From the NCBI GenBank assembly GCA_001657325.1, contig LWRO01000015.1:105539-145538 (forward strand): 40,000 nucleotides of DNA. Direction: 5' to 3'. Source of the DNA: Geitlerinema sp. BBD 1991-9 (lineage in GTDB: Bacteria; Cyanobacteriota; Cyanobacteriia; Cyanobacteriales; Geitlerinemataceae). Made by a program: the position numbers and the translations under genes. A model generated the notes under the pieces. The model was not told the DNA's origin, did not search any database, and was given only the letters and a program-made list of their open reading frames with translations. Shown here one piece after another: positions 16,408 through 27,622 of the stretch (position 1 is the stretch's first letter; every line of letters starts with the position of its first letter).

Positions 16408-16611
16408 TTAGCTCAAACGTTTGGCCTGAACCGTTTGGGGAGTTTTAATCGGATCGCCGAGTCCTGCCACCGATAACTTCCAACCATTAGCCAGGGTAAA
16501 GATATGGGTATTGTCAACCTGGGTCTGATCGACGACCTGTTCTTCTAGATCTTTCTTGGCCACGTAAACCATCAATTGACCGTCGCGATCGTTATGAAGC
16601 ATGACTTTCAT
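16408..16611 (-). CDS. nifT: NifT/FixU family protein
   Basis: MKVMLHNDRDGQLMVYVAKKDLEEQVV...LANGWKL matches the NifT signature. The internal ATG at 16611 is used; the 99-aa track ORF extends into a tandem repeat. Confidence 0.85.
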   Translation of the reverse strand: MKVMLHNDRDGQLMVYVAKKDLEEQVVDQTQVDNTHIFTLANGWKLSVAGLGDPIKTPQTVQAKRLS

Positions 16612-16637
16612 GTGAGTACCTAGTTGGTTAGACAGAA

Positions 16638-16667
16638 TTAGGAAATATGGAGTTAGGAAATATGGAG
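16638..16667. repeat. Perfect 15-nt tandem duplication (TTAGGAAATATGGAG x2) in the nifV-nifT spacer
   Basis: Read directly. Confidence 0.9.
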
Positions 16668-16690
16668 GTACGGGAAGGGGCAACATAGAG

Positions 16691-17833
16691 TTAAACCATT
16701 GCCACATCAGTACTCTCGGTTGTGACTAGAGCGAGCAGCTCATCGGTGGTGAGGCTGCGTTTGAGTTGGGTGGCGCGATCTCGAACGGCATTGAGTACGG
16801 ACTGGCTGTCTGCCGGATCGAGTTTGAGTCCATAGTCTTGCAGGATTCGATTTAATAGATGACGACCGGAGTGTTTGCCGATGACAAGACGGCGCTGCCA
16901 ACCCACATCTTGCGGATCGAAGGGTTCGTAGGTGCTGGGATTCTGCAAGACTCCGTGGGCGTGAATACCCGACTCATGAGCGAAAGTATTTTCACCCACG
17001 ATCGCTTTCCAGGGAGAAACTGGGTAGTTGACGGTTTTGGCAATGAAGCGGGACAGCGCTAAAAAATGCTGGGTTTGAATCCCCGTTTTGAAACCGTAAA
17101 TTTCCTTGAGAGCCATCACGACTTCTTCTAAGGCGGCATTGCCCGCTCGTTCTCCAAGACCGTTAACTGTCGTATTAATGGAGGTAGCTCCGGCTCGAAC
17201 GCCAGCAAGAGCATTGGCTGTCGCCAGTCCTAAGTCGTTATGAGTGTGCATCTCTACGGGGATATCGAGAGAAGTGACGAGGGCTTGCACTTTCTCAAAG
17301 GTGGTAAACGGATCGAGAATCCCCACCGTGTCGCAGAAACGGAAGCGGAAAGCCCCCCATTCCTGAGCCGATCGAGCAGTCTCAATCAAAAAGCCTGGGT
17401 CGGCGCGAGAGCTATCTTCACCGCCAACGCTGACTTCCAAACCTCGATCGCGGGCAAAGGCGAGGCTTTCCCGAAGCCGTTCCAACATGCGGTTCCGCTG
17501 GCCTTGAAACTTGACCTGAATCTGTATCTCAGAAACAGGAATAGAAATGTGAATTCGCTTAAGGCCGCAGTGAATCGAGGCTTCAATATCGGCGATGACC
17601 GCACGGTTCCAGCCCAGAATTTTGGCGTTTAAATCTAGGTCAGAGATCGCGCGAATGGCTTTGGCTTCGTCCTGACCCACGATCGGAATGCCCACCTCTA
17701 ATTCTTGAATGCCAATGGCATCGAGAAATTTGGCGATTGCCACCTTTTCTTCTAAGCCAAAGGCCACTCCTGCCGCCTGTTCGCCATCACGCAGGGTCGT
17801 ATCGTTGATGTAAATCTGGTTTTGAGTGGTCAT
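16691..17833 (-). CDS. nifV: Homocitrate synthase NifV
   Basis: [25 protein letters not shown]..., [18 protein letters not shown]. The ATG at 17833 is preferred over the upstream ATG at 17887. Confidence 0.93.
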   Translation of the reverse strand: MTTQNQIYINDTTLRDGEQAAGVAFGLEEKVAIAKFLDAIGIQELEVGIPIVGQDEAKAIRAISDLDLNAKILGWNRAVIADIEASIHCGLKRIHISIPVSEIQIQVKFQGQRNRMLERLRESLAFARDRGLEVSVGGEDSSRADPGFLIETARSAQEWGAFRFRFCDTVGILDPFTTFEKVQALVTSLDIPVEMHTHNDLGLATANALAGVRAGATSINTTVNGLGERAGNAALEEVVMALKEIYGFKTGIQTQHFLALSRFIAKTVNYPVSPWKAIVGENTFAHESGIHAHGVLQNPSTYEPFDPQDVGWQRRLVIGKHSGRHLLNRILQDYGLKLDPADSQSVLNAVRDRATQLKRSLTTDELLALVTTESTDVAMV

Positions 17834-17978
17834 CGCAGCCTCCCAGAAAAATGAAAGGGTATGGAGAATTAACACCCAAAGGCACAACGAATTGCCAAAA
17901 AACTCAGCCGTTGAATGATGAGGGTTTTCCGCATAAGGATAAACTCATCGTTGTACGCCAATGGATGCTAACGATCGA

Positions 17979-18518
17979 TCACTTCACAAAAGCGAGTGTA
18001 AGGCTATCCCCTTGGAGGAAGTGATCGAGGTGAAACGCTCGATCTTCTGTTTTGAGCAGAATCTCCTCATAGAGGTAGCGGGTAGCACGATCGCCTAAAC
18101 TTTCAGCCTCAGCGGCCAACCGTCGCAGCAAACCAATAATGGCCTGTTCCGCAGCTAAATCGTTTTCCAGCATTTGGCGACAGGTATAGGCTCCCTCAGC
18201 CTCAGGCGTAAAGCAACATAGATCGGCCAAGGTGGTGAAAGTGCCAGCTGGGATACCCCCCAACCCGTTCAGGCGCTCGGCGACATCGTGGGCGTGATCC
18301 TTGACAGCACCGTAGCTCTCTTGGAAGAACTCATGGATGGAATAAAATTCTGCCCCTTCAACCACGAAATGGTGTTTTTGATACTGTAAATACAGGGCTT
18401 GAAAACTGGCGTAAACGAGGTTGAATCCTTCACAAATGGCAACGGTCACGTCTTTTTCGAGACCGATGGGGTTGTCCTCTACTTCACCAAAGCTGCGAAC
18501 GAAAGTTTGAGTGGTCAT
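17979..18518 (-). CDS. dps: Dps-family ferritin-like DNA-binding/iron-storage protein
   Basis: [27 protein letters not shown]...[10 protein letters not shown]. The ATG at 18518 (MTTQTF) is used. Confidence 0.85.
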   Translation of the reverse strand: MTTQTFVRSFGEVEDNPIGLEKDVTVAICEGFNLVYASFQALYLQYQKHHFVVEGAEFYSIHEFFQESYGAVKDHAHDVAERLNGLGGIPAGTFTTLADLCCFTPEAEGAYTCRQMLENDLAAEQAIIGLLRRLAAEAESLGDRATRYLYEEILLKTEDRAFHLDHFLQGDSLTLAFVK

Positions 18519-18582
18519 TGAGTAGCTCCAATCGATGAGGATAAATGGAAATAGATAAGCTTTGAGTACGAGGCGCTTCACC

Positions 18583-18852
18583 TTAGCGATCTGCGTTACA
18601 AACCACTTGAGTTTGCCAACAGCGCTCCAGCCAATCCAGGGCTTCTTGGCGGGAGAAGAGATACTGCCGAACCGTACTGTGTACGAGTACTAAAGCAGTC
18701 GCGCGATCGATATCGACTCGCAGAGTGCCGTCTGCGGGGCAGGTACAGGGAATATTAAGTTCCTGCAAGCGACGGTAGATCGACCAACGATAGCTACGAT
18801 GAACAGAGATAATCTGTCCCTGACTGGGAACAGTGGATATGGACTCGTTCAT
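18583..18852 (-). CDS. Small conserved nif-cluster protein (orf84/Asr1405-like), function unknown
   Basis: 89-aa ORF whose ATG overlaps the cysE stop (ATGA). Its position between cysE and dps matches my recollection of the nifP-orf84-dpsA arrangement in Leptolyngbya boryana. Confidence 0.6.
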   Translation of the reverse strand: MNESISTVPSQGQIISVHRSYRWSIYRRLQELNIPCTCPADGTLRVDIDRATALVLVHSTVRQYLFSRQEALDWLERCWQTQVVCNADR

Positions 18853-19571
18853 GGGGTGGATACTCCAGGGTGATGAACGTGGGCAAGACTTTGCAGTTGC
18901 GTTTCTAGGACTTCGATGCGCTTCACAAGCTGCCGCAGCGTCGCCGCTTCAGCATCGGGTAGCTGACCGTGTTCCAAGGGTGCAACAGCAGTGTTGCACT
19001 TGCAGATATTGCGACTGGGGACACCAACAGCCGTGCAGCTTGCGGGTACATCTCGCAACACAACGGAACCTGCCCCAATGCGGGCATAATTGCCAATGTG
19101 AATATTGCCGAGGACTTTAGCGCCCGCGCCGATTACTACTCGACTGCCAACAGTTGGGTGGCGCTTGCCAGTTTCTTTGCCAGTGCCGCCTAGAGTCACG
19201 CCCTGGTAGATCAGGGTGTAGTCCCCCACAATGGCGGTTTCACCAATGACAACCCCCATACCGTGGTCAATAAAGACTCCTTTGCCAAGTTGAGCACCCG
19301 GGTGAATTTCAGCGCCTGTTAAAAAGCGAGCCAGGTGTGAAATAAAGCGAGGGAAGAAGCAGACACCACGACGGTACAGCCAGTGGGCCAGGCGATGAGC
19401 GGCGATTGCATGAAGACCGGGGTAGCAACAAAGTACCTCTAGCCAGTTTTGGGCTGCTGGATCGCGCTCAAAGATAATGGCAAAGTCTGCAAACAGCGGG
19501 AACTGCTGCTGTAGTTCGGAGATCGAAGGCAAGAGAGCGTGAATTGAGAGGCGGGATAAGGAAAGGGACAT
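18849..19571 (-). CDS. cysE: Serine O-acetyltransferase (nif-associated CysE/NifP)
   Basis: 240 aa. Left-handed beta-helix hexapeptide repeats ([38 protein letters not shown]). Confidence 0.9.
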   Translation of the reverse strand: MSLSLSRLSIHALLPSISELQQQFPLFADFAIIFERDPAAQNWLEVLCCYPGLHAIAAHRLAHWLYRRGVCFFPRFISHLARFLTGAEIHPGAQLGKGVFIDHGMGVVIGETAIVGDYTLIYQGVTLGGTGKETGKRHPTVGSRVVIGAGAKVLGNIHIGNYARIGAGSVVLRDVPASCTAVGVPSRNICKCNTAVAPLEHGQLPDAEAATLRQLVKRIEVLETQLQSLAHVHHPGVSTP

Positions 19572-20806
19572 TGCTCTGGAAGGGCTGTCTTTTCCTGCTT
19601 ATACCAATCGCAATTTGATGCAGGTGGTTGTAAGATCCCAATCCAGATTAACTAAAGTTATTACGCCTGTACTCAAATGCTGAAGTGTTGACTGAGCATA
19701 GGTTCGTTTTTTCTTTCGGGGTAGGGGACGAGTATTTTAGTGCTGAGGCGTAGGCATTTATAAGGGGAGGTACTGATATTTTGTACTCAAGCCCAAGCCT
19801 TTACGCATTAGCACTTAGACAGCAAATAACTGGCTAAAGCAAAAACAATAGCCAATGTACTCAAAGACTAATGTTCTGATGCTATTTGCATAACTTCCGT
19901 ACAAAAAATGTAGCAGAACATGCAAAATCATCTCGATTTGATTCAGGATTTTTTAACAATGCTTCTTGACAGACAATCTGTCTGGCTTCAGACAGTTCAG
20001 AGGAAGTACTGATGCAGATTGTTTACATTAATTAATATAAAAGGGTGTATTATATTACTGATTAATGTGTAAAAATAGAACATCTGATACAGACAAAACT
20101 ATTAACTTCTCAATTCAAGGTTCTGTTTTGTATCTATTTTAGCAAAATAATTGTATCTGAGTACTCAAGGTGCTGTACTAACTTAAGCTCTTCAAACAGC
20201 ATCAATTTCAGTCCAGTCAATGAATTGAGCTGAGTACAGTAATAACTGAACCAGGACATAATAATACTTGTCCGTAGGCATAAAAATACTCGTCCCCCGA
20301 TCCTATATTTTTTTCAAACCCTAGATTTTCCGACGTTGTAGCGCTTGAGTACAGCGTTAATCATTTGAATAAATTCTATCGGCGTAGTTGCCTCCAAGGA
20401 CTCCTGAAGCGGTTGCTATAACTCTTTCAACGCGAAACACTTCATCTTTGAAAACAGGCTGAACTCGGTGAAGTCAACGGAACTCAACGTCCAACTATAG
20501 CTCAGTTAGAGCTTATTCATACTCTCGACGCTTGGTTCTTTGAACTACAACAGTTTAGCCAGATACAAACCAGACTGATTTCAGGCGTATCCATCCTTAT
20601 GAGGCTGCTCTCCTCCTCTAATTAGAGAGGCCAGACAAATACCCTCCTAATAATACTCCGTGAAAGACGCTGGTTATTTCAAGGTAGAGGTTTAACGGAC
20701 TATGGATTGAACTTTCTTGAAGGTGTGGGTGTTGCACCACCTGGCATTGAATTGGGTTCTTGGGTTTCTCCCCATGTAGAACAGTCCACCGATGCCGATC
20801 GGTTGA
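19572..20806. promoter_or_regulatory. Divergent cysE/nifB control region, 1.2 kb with an AT-rich core, carrying repeated TGTACTCAA-type motifs
   Basis: Plus-strand TGTACTCAA at 19668, 19782 and 19856. Palindromic TGAGTACTCA at 20158-20167. Reverse-orientation copies at 20231-20238 and 20345-20353. No promoter was mapped. Confidence 0.6.
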
Positions 20807-22330
20807 ATGCAGTTGATGCAACACCACGCTTATCTGCCCCTTACACACCCAAAAATAATGACGCCACCACCATCCACTGCCCTTGTCCCTGCGCCCACGA
20901 CGACGCCCGAGCTGGACATTACCTTGACCAAAACCCAAACGAAGGTTAACAAGTCTGGTGGCGGCTGCGGCTGTAGCAGTAAAAACGATGCTTCCAGCAG
21001 CATGAGTGAAACTCTAAAAGCCCGGATTGAAAAGCATCCTTGCTACAGCGAGGAAGCCCATCACCACTATGCCCGCATGCATGTGGCTGTGGCCCCGGCT
21101 TGCAACATCCAGTGCAATTACTGCAACCGTAAATACGACTGTGCCAACGAAAGTCGCCCGGGTGTGGTTAGCGAATTGCTGACACCTGAAGAGGCTGCCC
21201 ACAAAGTCCTCGTGGTGGCTGGCAAAATTCCTCAAATGACGGTTCTGGGCATTGCTGGCCCCGGCGATCCGCTCGCAAATCCGGAGAAAACGTTCCGCAC
21301 GTTTGAGTTGATTGCAGACAAAGCACCTGACATCAAGCTCTGTCTCTCGACCAATGGTCTGATGCTGCCGGATTATGTCGATCGAATCAAGCAACTCAAT
21401 GTCGATCACGTCACCATCACCATCAATATGATCGACCCCGAAATTGGGGCTAAGATTTATCCCTGGGTTCACTATCGCCGTAAGCGCTATCGGGGTATTG
21501 AAGGGGTCAGAATTCTGCACGAGCGCCAAATGGAAGGGTTGCAGGCTCTCCAAGAAGCGGACATTCTCTGCAAAGTTAACTCAGTTCTCATTCCCGGCAT
21601 CAACGACGAGCATATGCCGGAAGTGAACAAAGCGATTCGCGATCGAGGGGCTTTCTTACACAACATCATGCCTCTGATCTCGGCTCCAGAGCATGGTACT
21701 TACTTTGGTCTCAACGGTCAGCGAGGTCCCAAGCCCAAAGAGTTAAAAGCCGTTCAAGATAAATGCTCCGGCAACATGAAAATGATGCGCCACTGCCGCC
21801 AGTGCCGCGCCGATGCAGTTGGACTTCTGGGTGAAGACCGCAGCCAGGAATTTACAAAAGAGAAGTTCATGGAAATGTCGGCGGACTATAACCTTGAAAC
21901 TCGCCAGGCCGTCCACACTGACATCGAACAAGCCAAAGCCGTCATTGCCGAGAAAAGGCAGGCCGCCGTCGGTACCTCTCGCCCCACACAGTCCACCAAA
22001 GTCCTCCTTGCTGTTGCGAGCAAAGGTGGAGGTCTCGTGAACCAACACTTCGGTCACGCCAAAGAATTCATGATTTACGAAGTGGATGCCACCGAGGCGA
22101 AGTTTGTCGGTCACCGCAAAATCCTTGACTACTGCCAGGGCGGCTACGGCGAAGACGCGGCACTAGAAGGCATCATCAACACCGTTTCTGACTGCAAAGC
22201 CGTGCTGGCTTCCAAAGTGGGGCCCTGTCCCCAGAAACGACTTCAACAAGCTGGACTAGTGGTGGTTGAAGCCTACGACGCGATCGAATCCGTTGCCCGG
22301 CGGTTCTACGACGAGCATGTTCTGAGCTAA
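20807..22330 (+). CDS. nifB: Nitrogenase cofactor biosynthesis radical SAM protein NifB with C-terminal NifX-like domain
   Basis: 507 aa. Motifs [23 protein letters not shown], and C-terminal [29 protein letters not shown]. The start is uncertain (ATG at 20807, 20816 or 20858). Confidence 0.95.
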   Translation: MQLMQHHAYLPLTHPKIMTPPPSTALVPAPTTTPELDITLTKTQTKVNKSGGGCGCSSKNDASSSMSETLKARIEKHPCYSEEAHHHYARMHVAVAPACNIQCNYCNRKYDCANESRPGVVSELLTPEEAAHKVLVVAGKIPQMTVLGIAGPGDPLANPEKTFRTFELIADKAPDIKLCLSTNGLMLPDYVDRIKQLNVDHVTITINMIDPEIGAKIYPWVHYRRKRYRGIEGVRILHERQMEGLQALQEADILCKVNSVLIPGINDEHMPEVNKAIRDRGAFLHNIMPLISAPEHGTYFGLNGQRGPKPKELKAVQDKCSGNMKMMRHCRQCRADAVGLLGEDRSQEFTKEKFMEMSADYNLETRQAVHTDIEQAKAVIAEKRQAAVGTSRPTQSTKVLLAVASKGGGLVNQHFGHAKEFMIYEVDATEAKFVGHRKILDYCQGGYGEDAALEGIINTVSDCKAVLASKVGPCPQKRLQQAGLVVVEAYDAIESVARRFYDEHVLS

Positions 22331-22338
22331 CGACGTTT

Positions 22339-22360
22339 GGGGTGCGTCACCATGCACCCC
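22339..22360 (+). other. Intercistronic stem-loop (GGGGTGC, 8-nt loop, GCACCCC) after nifB, followed by a C/T-rich tract
   Basis: Read directly. Confidence 0.5.
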
Positions 22361-22409
22361 CTTTCCCCCGATTCCCCTTCCTACCTTTGTTCACTGTGGA
22401 GATGATGTG

Positions 22410-23600
22410 ATGGTCATTTATTTGGACAACAATGCGACCACTCAGGTTGACCCAAAAGTCTTAGAGGCAATGTTGCCCTATTTGAGCGAACTCTACGGCA
22501 ATCCTTCTTCAATGCACAGTTTTGGCGGGCAGGTGGGATCGGCCGTTCAGGAAGCGAGAGCCAAAGTTGCTGCACTGCTGGGCGCAGAGGATACCGAAAT
22601 CATCTTTAACAGTTGTGGTAGCGAAGGAAATAACACTGCCATCCATGCCGCCTTGGCTGCTCAGCCAGAGAAGCGTCATATTGTCACCACAGCTGTAGAA
22701 CACCCAGCGATCCTCAATGTGTGCAAGCACCTGGAGAAGAAAGGCTATACCGTCACTTATTTATCAGTCGATCGACGCGGTCAGCTTGACCTGATGGAGG
22801 TGGAAGCTGCCATGACCGGGGGCACGGCTCTCGTCACGACCCTGTACGCGAACAACGAAACTGGCGTGATTTTCCCGGTAGAACAAATTGGAGCAATCGC
22901 CAAAGAGTACGGTGCAACATTCCATGTCGATGCAGTCCAAGCAGCAGGCAAAGTCACGATTAATCTACAAACCAGCACCATTGACCTGCTGACGATCTCT
23001 GGCCATAAACTCCATGCTCCGAAAGGCATTGGCGCACTCTACGTTCGTCGCGGCTTTCGTTTCCGTCCCTTCTTATTGGGGGGGCATCAAGAGCGAGGTC
23101 GGCGAGCTGGCACTCAGAATGTCCCCGGTATTGTCGCTTTGGGCAAAGCGGCAGAGTTAGCCCACCAACACCAGCAGGATGTAGAACACGAGCGTCGGCT
23201 GCGCGATTTGTTAGAGAAACAGCTATTGGAACGTATTCCTGACTGTGAGGTAAACGGCGGCGGCAGTAAACGTTTGCCCAATACGACCAACATTGGCTTC
23301 AAATACATCGAAGGGGAAGCCATTCTGTTCATGCTCAATCAGTACGGTATCTGTGCTTCTTCTGGATCGGCTTGCACTTCTGGCTCCCTAGATCCGTCTC
23401 ACGTGCTGATGGCAATGGGATTACCTTATACGATTCTTCACGGTTCGATTCGTTTCAGCCTGTCGCGGTTTACGACCGAGGACGAGATCCAACAGGTACT
23501 GGCCGTGATGCCAGGCATTGTTGAGAAACTGCGAGCCTTATCTCCGTTTAACAACGACGAGTCAGATTGGCTCCAAAGCCGCGATTTGGTCAGTGCGTAG
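22410..23600 (+). CDS. nifS: Cysteine desulfurase NifS
   Basis: The PLP lysine lies in SGHKLHAPKG and the active-site Cys in SSGSACTS. The ATG at 22410 is immediately preceded by an in-frame GTG at 22407. Confidence 0.95.
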   Translation: MVIYLDNNATTQVDPKVLEAMLPYLSELYGNPSSMHSFGGQVGSAVQEARAKVAALLGAEDTEIIFNSCGSEGNNTAIHAALAAQPEKRHIVTTAVEHPAILNVCKHLEKKGYTVTYLSVDRRGQLDLMEVEAAMTGGTALVTTLYANNETGVIFPVEQIGAIAKEYGATFHVDAVQAAGKVTINLQTSTIDLLTISGHKLHAPKGIGALYVRRGFRFRPFLLGGHQERGRRAGTQNVPGIVALGKAAELAHQHQQDVEHERRLRDLLEKQLLERIPDCEVNGGGSKRLPNTTNIGFKYIEGEAILFMLNQYGICASSGSACTSGSLDPSHVLMAMGLPYTILHGSIRFSLSRFTTEDEIQQVLAVMPGIVEKLRALSPFNNDESDWLQSRDLVSA

Positions 23601-23672
23601 TCGAGATTCAAAAGCTCTGAACTGAAAGCCCCGAACCTGTTATCGTTCTTATTCTTTATCTGAGAAGCCGTC

Positions 23673-24599
23673 ATGTGGGACTATTCTGAAAAAGTACTCG
23701 ATCTGTTTTATAACCCCCTCAACCAAGGAAAGATCGACGATCTCAACGAATCAGATGTAGCCGTTGTCTACGGCGAAGTTGGGAGTATTGCCTGCGGTGA
23801 CGCTCTCCGACTACACCTCAAAATTCAAGAATCGACCGAAACGATTCTAGATGCCAGATTTCAAACCTTTGGATGTACCAGTGCGATCGCCTCTTCGTCT
23901 GCTCTCACAGAAATTATTAAAGACAAAACCCTCGATCAGGCCCTGAGCATCTCCAATCAGGACATTGCAGACTACCTTGGTGGTTTGCCAGAAGCCAAGA
24001 TGCACTGCTCTGTGATGGGTCAAGAAGCTTTGGAAGCCGCAATTTACAAATATCGCGGTATCGAAGTCGAGCATCACGAAGATGATGAAGGAACTTTGAT
24101 TTGTGAATGCTTTGGCATTAGCGAAACGAAGATTCGTCGGGTCATTATTGAAAACGACTTAGACACCATCGAGCAAGTCACGCACTATGTCAAGGCTGGT
24201 GGCGGCTGTGGCTCCTGTCTCGCAGGCATCGAAGACGTCCTGATTGAAGTGCAGCAGGAGCGTGAGGCAGTACCAGTACGGGTCACGGCAGAACTCGCCC
24301 CAATGAAAGAACGAGAAAGTCGTGAAACAGGGAGACAAAGTCGCTTCACCTCCCCCATCTCCCCGATCCAAAAAATTATGCTCATCCAGCAAGTTCTCGA
24401 CCAGGAAATTCGCCCAACGCTCATGGCCGATGGCGGAGATGTTGAGTTATTCGATGTCAATCGCGATCTCGTTCAGGTTTCCCTCAAAGGAGCCTGCGGT
24501 GGCTGCCCTAGCAGTACCAGCACCGTGAAATATGCCATTGAAGCCAAGCTGCGGGAGCGCGTTTCACCCACTCTCACAGTCGAAGAAATCACCGTTTAA
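23673..24599 (+). CDS. nifU: Fe-S cluster scaffold NifU (IscU-like, central [2Fe-2S] and C-terminal NifU domains)
   Basis: 308 aa. Motifs ACGDALRL, FGCTSAIASS, MHCSV, the central CECF...CGSC motif, and C-terminal GACGGCPSS. Confidence 0.95.
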   Translation: MWDYSEKVLDLFYNPLNQGKIDDLNESDVAVVYGEVGSIACGDALRLHLKIQESTETILDARFQTFGCTSAIASSSALTEIIKDKTLDQALSISNQDIADYLGGLPEAKMHCSVMGQEALEAAIYKYRGIEVEHHEDDEGTLICECFGISETKIRRVIIENDLDTIEQVTHYVKAGGGCGSCLAGIEDVLIEVQQEREAVPVRVTAELAPMKERESRETGRQSRFTSPISPIQKIMLIQQVLDQEIRPTLMADGGDVELFDVNRDLVQVSLKGACGGCPSSTSTVKYAIEAKLRERVSPTLTVEEITV

Positions 24600-24711
24600 C
24601 CCTTCGATCGATCCCTAGTGTAGCCCCCGAGTTGTGTGGGGGAGAGAGGACTTATATCTCATGGACACTCCAAATTGCTGCATTCATTTCGGGCGATCGC
24701 CCCCGGCTTAA

Positions 24712-25722
<1,011 letters not shown>

Positions 25723-25898
25723 TTCCTGACTGCCTAACCTGGATTATTAAACCGTCAACAATCCGATCGTGGAGAGCATCTCAAAAAACAGATTGTTTTT
25801 AAACTCGATCGTCAGATTGGCTGCTGGGTAAAGCTTTTGAAGATTTCCTCAGACCTTCATGAATAATCCAGGCTAGGTTCGGCAAACATCACGACAAT

Positions 25899-25918
25899 CT
25901 ATTGCACTCTATTGCACT
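25899..25918. repeat. 10-nt tandem duplication (CTATTGCACT x2) in the nifH-nifD spacer
   Basis: Read directly. Confidence 0.9.
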
Positions 25919-26135
25919 TAATTTGCTGTGTCAGTCCAGTTGGGGGATTTGGTGCAGCCTAATACACCGAATCTTTTCCCATTGCTGCATTGGGCTAACG
26001 CCACGAAACCCTAACCCCCTGGAAGTCTCTATCGACGATCGTTCCTTAATCTAAAATCGCAAGTCCCCAATTGAGTCGAGGCATTGCTTCCCCTCTTGGA
26101 TTGAAATTATTCCCTATCGCTACAGAGAGGACAAC

Positions 26136-27575
26136 ATGACTACCGTAGAAGACAAAAAAGCGCTTGTCCAGGAAGTCCTGGAAGCGTATCCCGCCAAAGC
26201 TAAAAAGAGCCGTTCCAAGCACCTTAACGTTACTGAAGAAGGCGCTTCCGACTGCGGCGTTAAGTCCAACAAAAAATCCGTTCCTGGCGTCATGACCACC
26301 CGTGGCTGTGCCTACGCCGGAGCCAAGGGGGTCGTTTGGGGACCCGTGAAAGACATGGTTCACCTGAGCCACGGGCCAGTGGGCTGTGGCTACTACTCCT
26401 GGTCGGGTCGCCGTAACTATTACGTCGGCACCACTGGGGTCGATACCTTCGGCACCATGCAGTTCACCTCCGATTTCCAGGAACGGGACATCGTATTCGG
26501 CGGTGACAAAAAGCTCGCCAAACTCATCGATGAGTTGGAAGAACTCTTTCCTCTCAGCCAAGGTACCACCATTGAGTCGGAATGTCCGGTGGGTCTGATT
26601 GGGGACGATATCGAGGCCGTTGCCCGGAAAAAAGCCAAGGAGTATGGCAAACCGGTTGTACCTGTCCGTTGTGAAGGCTTCCGAGGCGTTTCTCAATCCT
26701 TAGGTCACCACATCGCCAACGACACCGTCCGTGACTGGGTTCTGCCCAAAGCTGACGAGTATCGTAAACTCCCCGAAGGATTTGAACCCAGTCCCTACGA
26801 CGTCAACATCATTGGTGACTACAACATCGGGGGTGATGCTTGGCCCAGCCGCCGTTTGTTAGAGGCGATCGGTCTGCGGGTAATCTGTCAGTTCTCCGGC
26901 GATGGCACTTTCAACGAAGTGGTGATGACACCGCTGGCGAAGCTGAACCTGATTCACTGCTATCGCTCCATGAACTACATCTGCCGCTTCATGGAAGAGA
27001 AATACGGTATTGGCTGGCTCGAGTACAACTTCTTCGGTCCCACTCAAATTGCTAAGTCCCTGCGCAAGATCGCCGCACAGTTCGACGAAACCATTCAAGC
27101 CAACGCCGAGCGGGTGATCGCAGAACATCAAGCTCGCATGGACGAGATCGTCGCCAAATACCGTTCCCGCCTAGAAGGGAAGGAAGTGATGATGATGGTT
27201 GGCGGTCTGCGCCCCCGTCACGTCATCCCTGCTTTTGAAGATCTGGGGATGAAAGTCATCGGTACAGGTTACGAATTCGGTCACGGCGACGACTATAAGC
27301 GCACTGCCGATTACGTCAGTGAAGGCACCGTTATCTACGACGATGTCAGCGGCTACGAGTTTGAAGAACTGGCCAAGAAAATGAAGCCCGATCTGATTGC
27401 GGCTGGCATTAAAGAGAAGTATGTCTTCCAGAAAATGGCCTTGCCCTTCCGTCAGATGCACTCCTGGGATTACTCCGGCCCCTATCACGGTTATGAAGGT
27501 TTTGAAGTCTTCGCCCGTGACATGGATTTAGCAATCAACAATCCCACCTGGGGTCTGGTTCAGGCTCCCTGGTAG
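26136..27575 (+). CDS. nifD: Nitrogenase MoFe protein alpha chain NifD
   Basis: 479 aa. Motifs [31 protein letters not shown] (FeMo-co Cys) and [12 protein letters not shown] (FeMo-co His). Confidence 0.99.
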   Translation: MTTVEDKKALVQEVLEAYPAKAKKSRSKHLNVTEEGASDCGVKSNKKSVPGVMTTRGCAYAGAKGVVWGPVKDMVHLSHGPVGCGYYSWSGRRNYYVGTTGVDTFGTMQFTSDFQERDIVFGGDKKLAKLIDELEELFPLSQGTTIESECPVGLIGDDIEAVARKKAKEYGKPVVPVRCEGFRGVSQSLGHHIANDTVRDWVLPKADEYRKLPEGFEPSPYDVNIIGDYNIGGDAWPSRRLLEAIGLRVICQFSGDGTFNEVVMTPLAKLNLIHCYRSMNYICRFMEEKYGIGWLEYNFFGPTQIAKSLRKIAAQFDETIQANAERVIAEHQARMDEIVAKYRSRLEGKEVMMMVGGLRPRHVIPAFEDLGMKVIGTGYEFGHGDDYKRTADYVSEGTVIYDDVSGYEFEELAKKMKPDLIAAGIKEKYVFQKMALPFRQMHSWDYSGPYHGYEGFEVFARDMDLAINNPTWGLVQAPW

Positions 27576-27594
27576 CAGTAAAGGAAATATCCCT

Positions 27595-27622
27595 GTAGAA
27601 ACGCGACATGTCGCGTTTCTAC
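27595..27622 (+). other. Perfect 13-bp intercistronic stem-loop (GTAGAAACGCGAC AT GTCGCGTTTCTAC) between nifD and nifK
   Basis: Read directly. It is followed by a C/T-rich tract up to the nifK SD (GGAGA). Confidence 0.6.

Noticed and set aside
16612-16707. N-terminal extensions of nifT (to 16707), nifV (to 17887), dps (to 18581), nifZ (GTG 29258) and the ArsC-like gene (to 38524)
   Set aside because: The conserved family N-termini begin at internal ATGs. The extensions run through repeats, hairpins or upstream genes and contain hydrophobic or low-complexity sequence not seen in these families.
19572-20806. Canonical NtcA sites (GTA-N8-TAC) in the nifB control region
   Set aside because: By eye, the GTA/TAC-containing segments have the wrong spacing (for example GTA-N6-TAC at 20153-20164). 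None matched GTA-N8-TAC. A matrix scan should still be run.
26136-27575. A heterocyst-type nifD (or fdxN) excision element
   Set aside because: nifD is a single uninterrupted 479-aa frame, and no xisA/xisF-like recombinase occurs in the window. The layout resembles non-heterocystous cyanobacteria.
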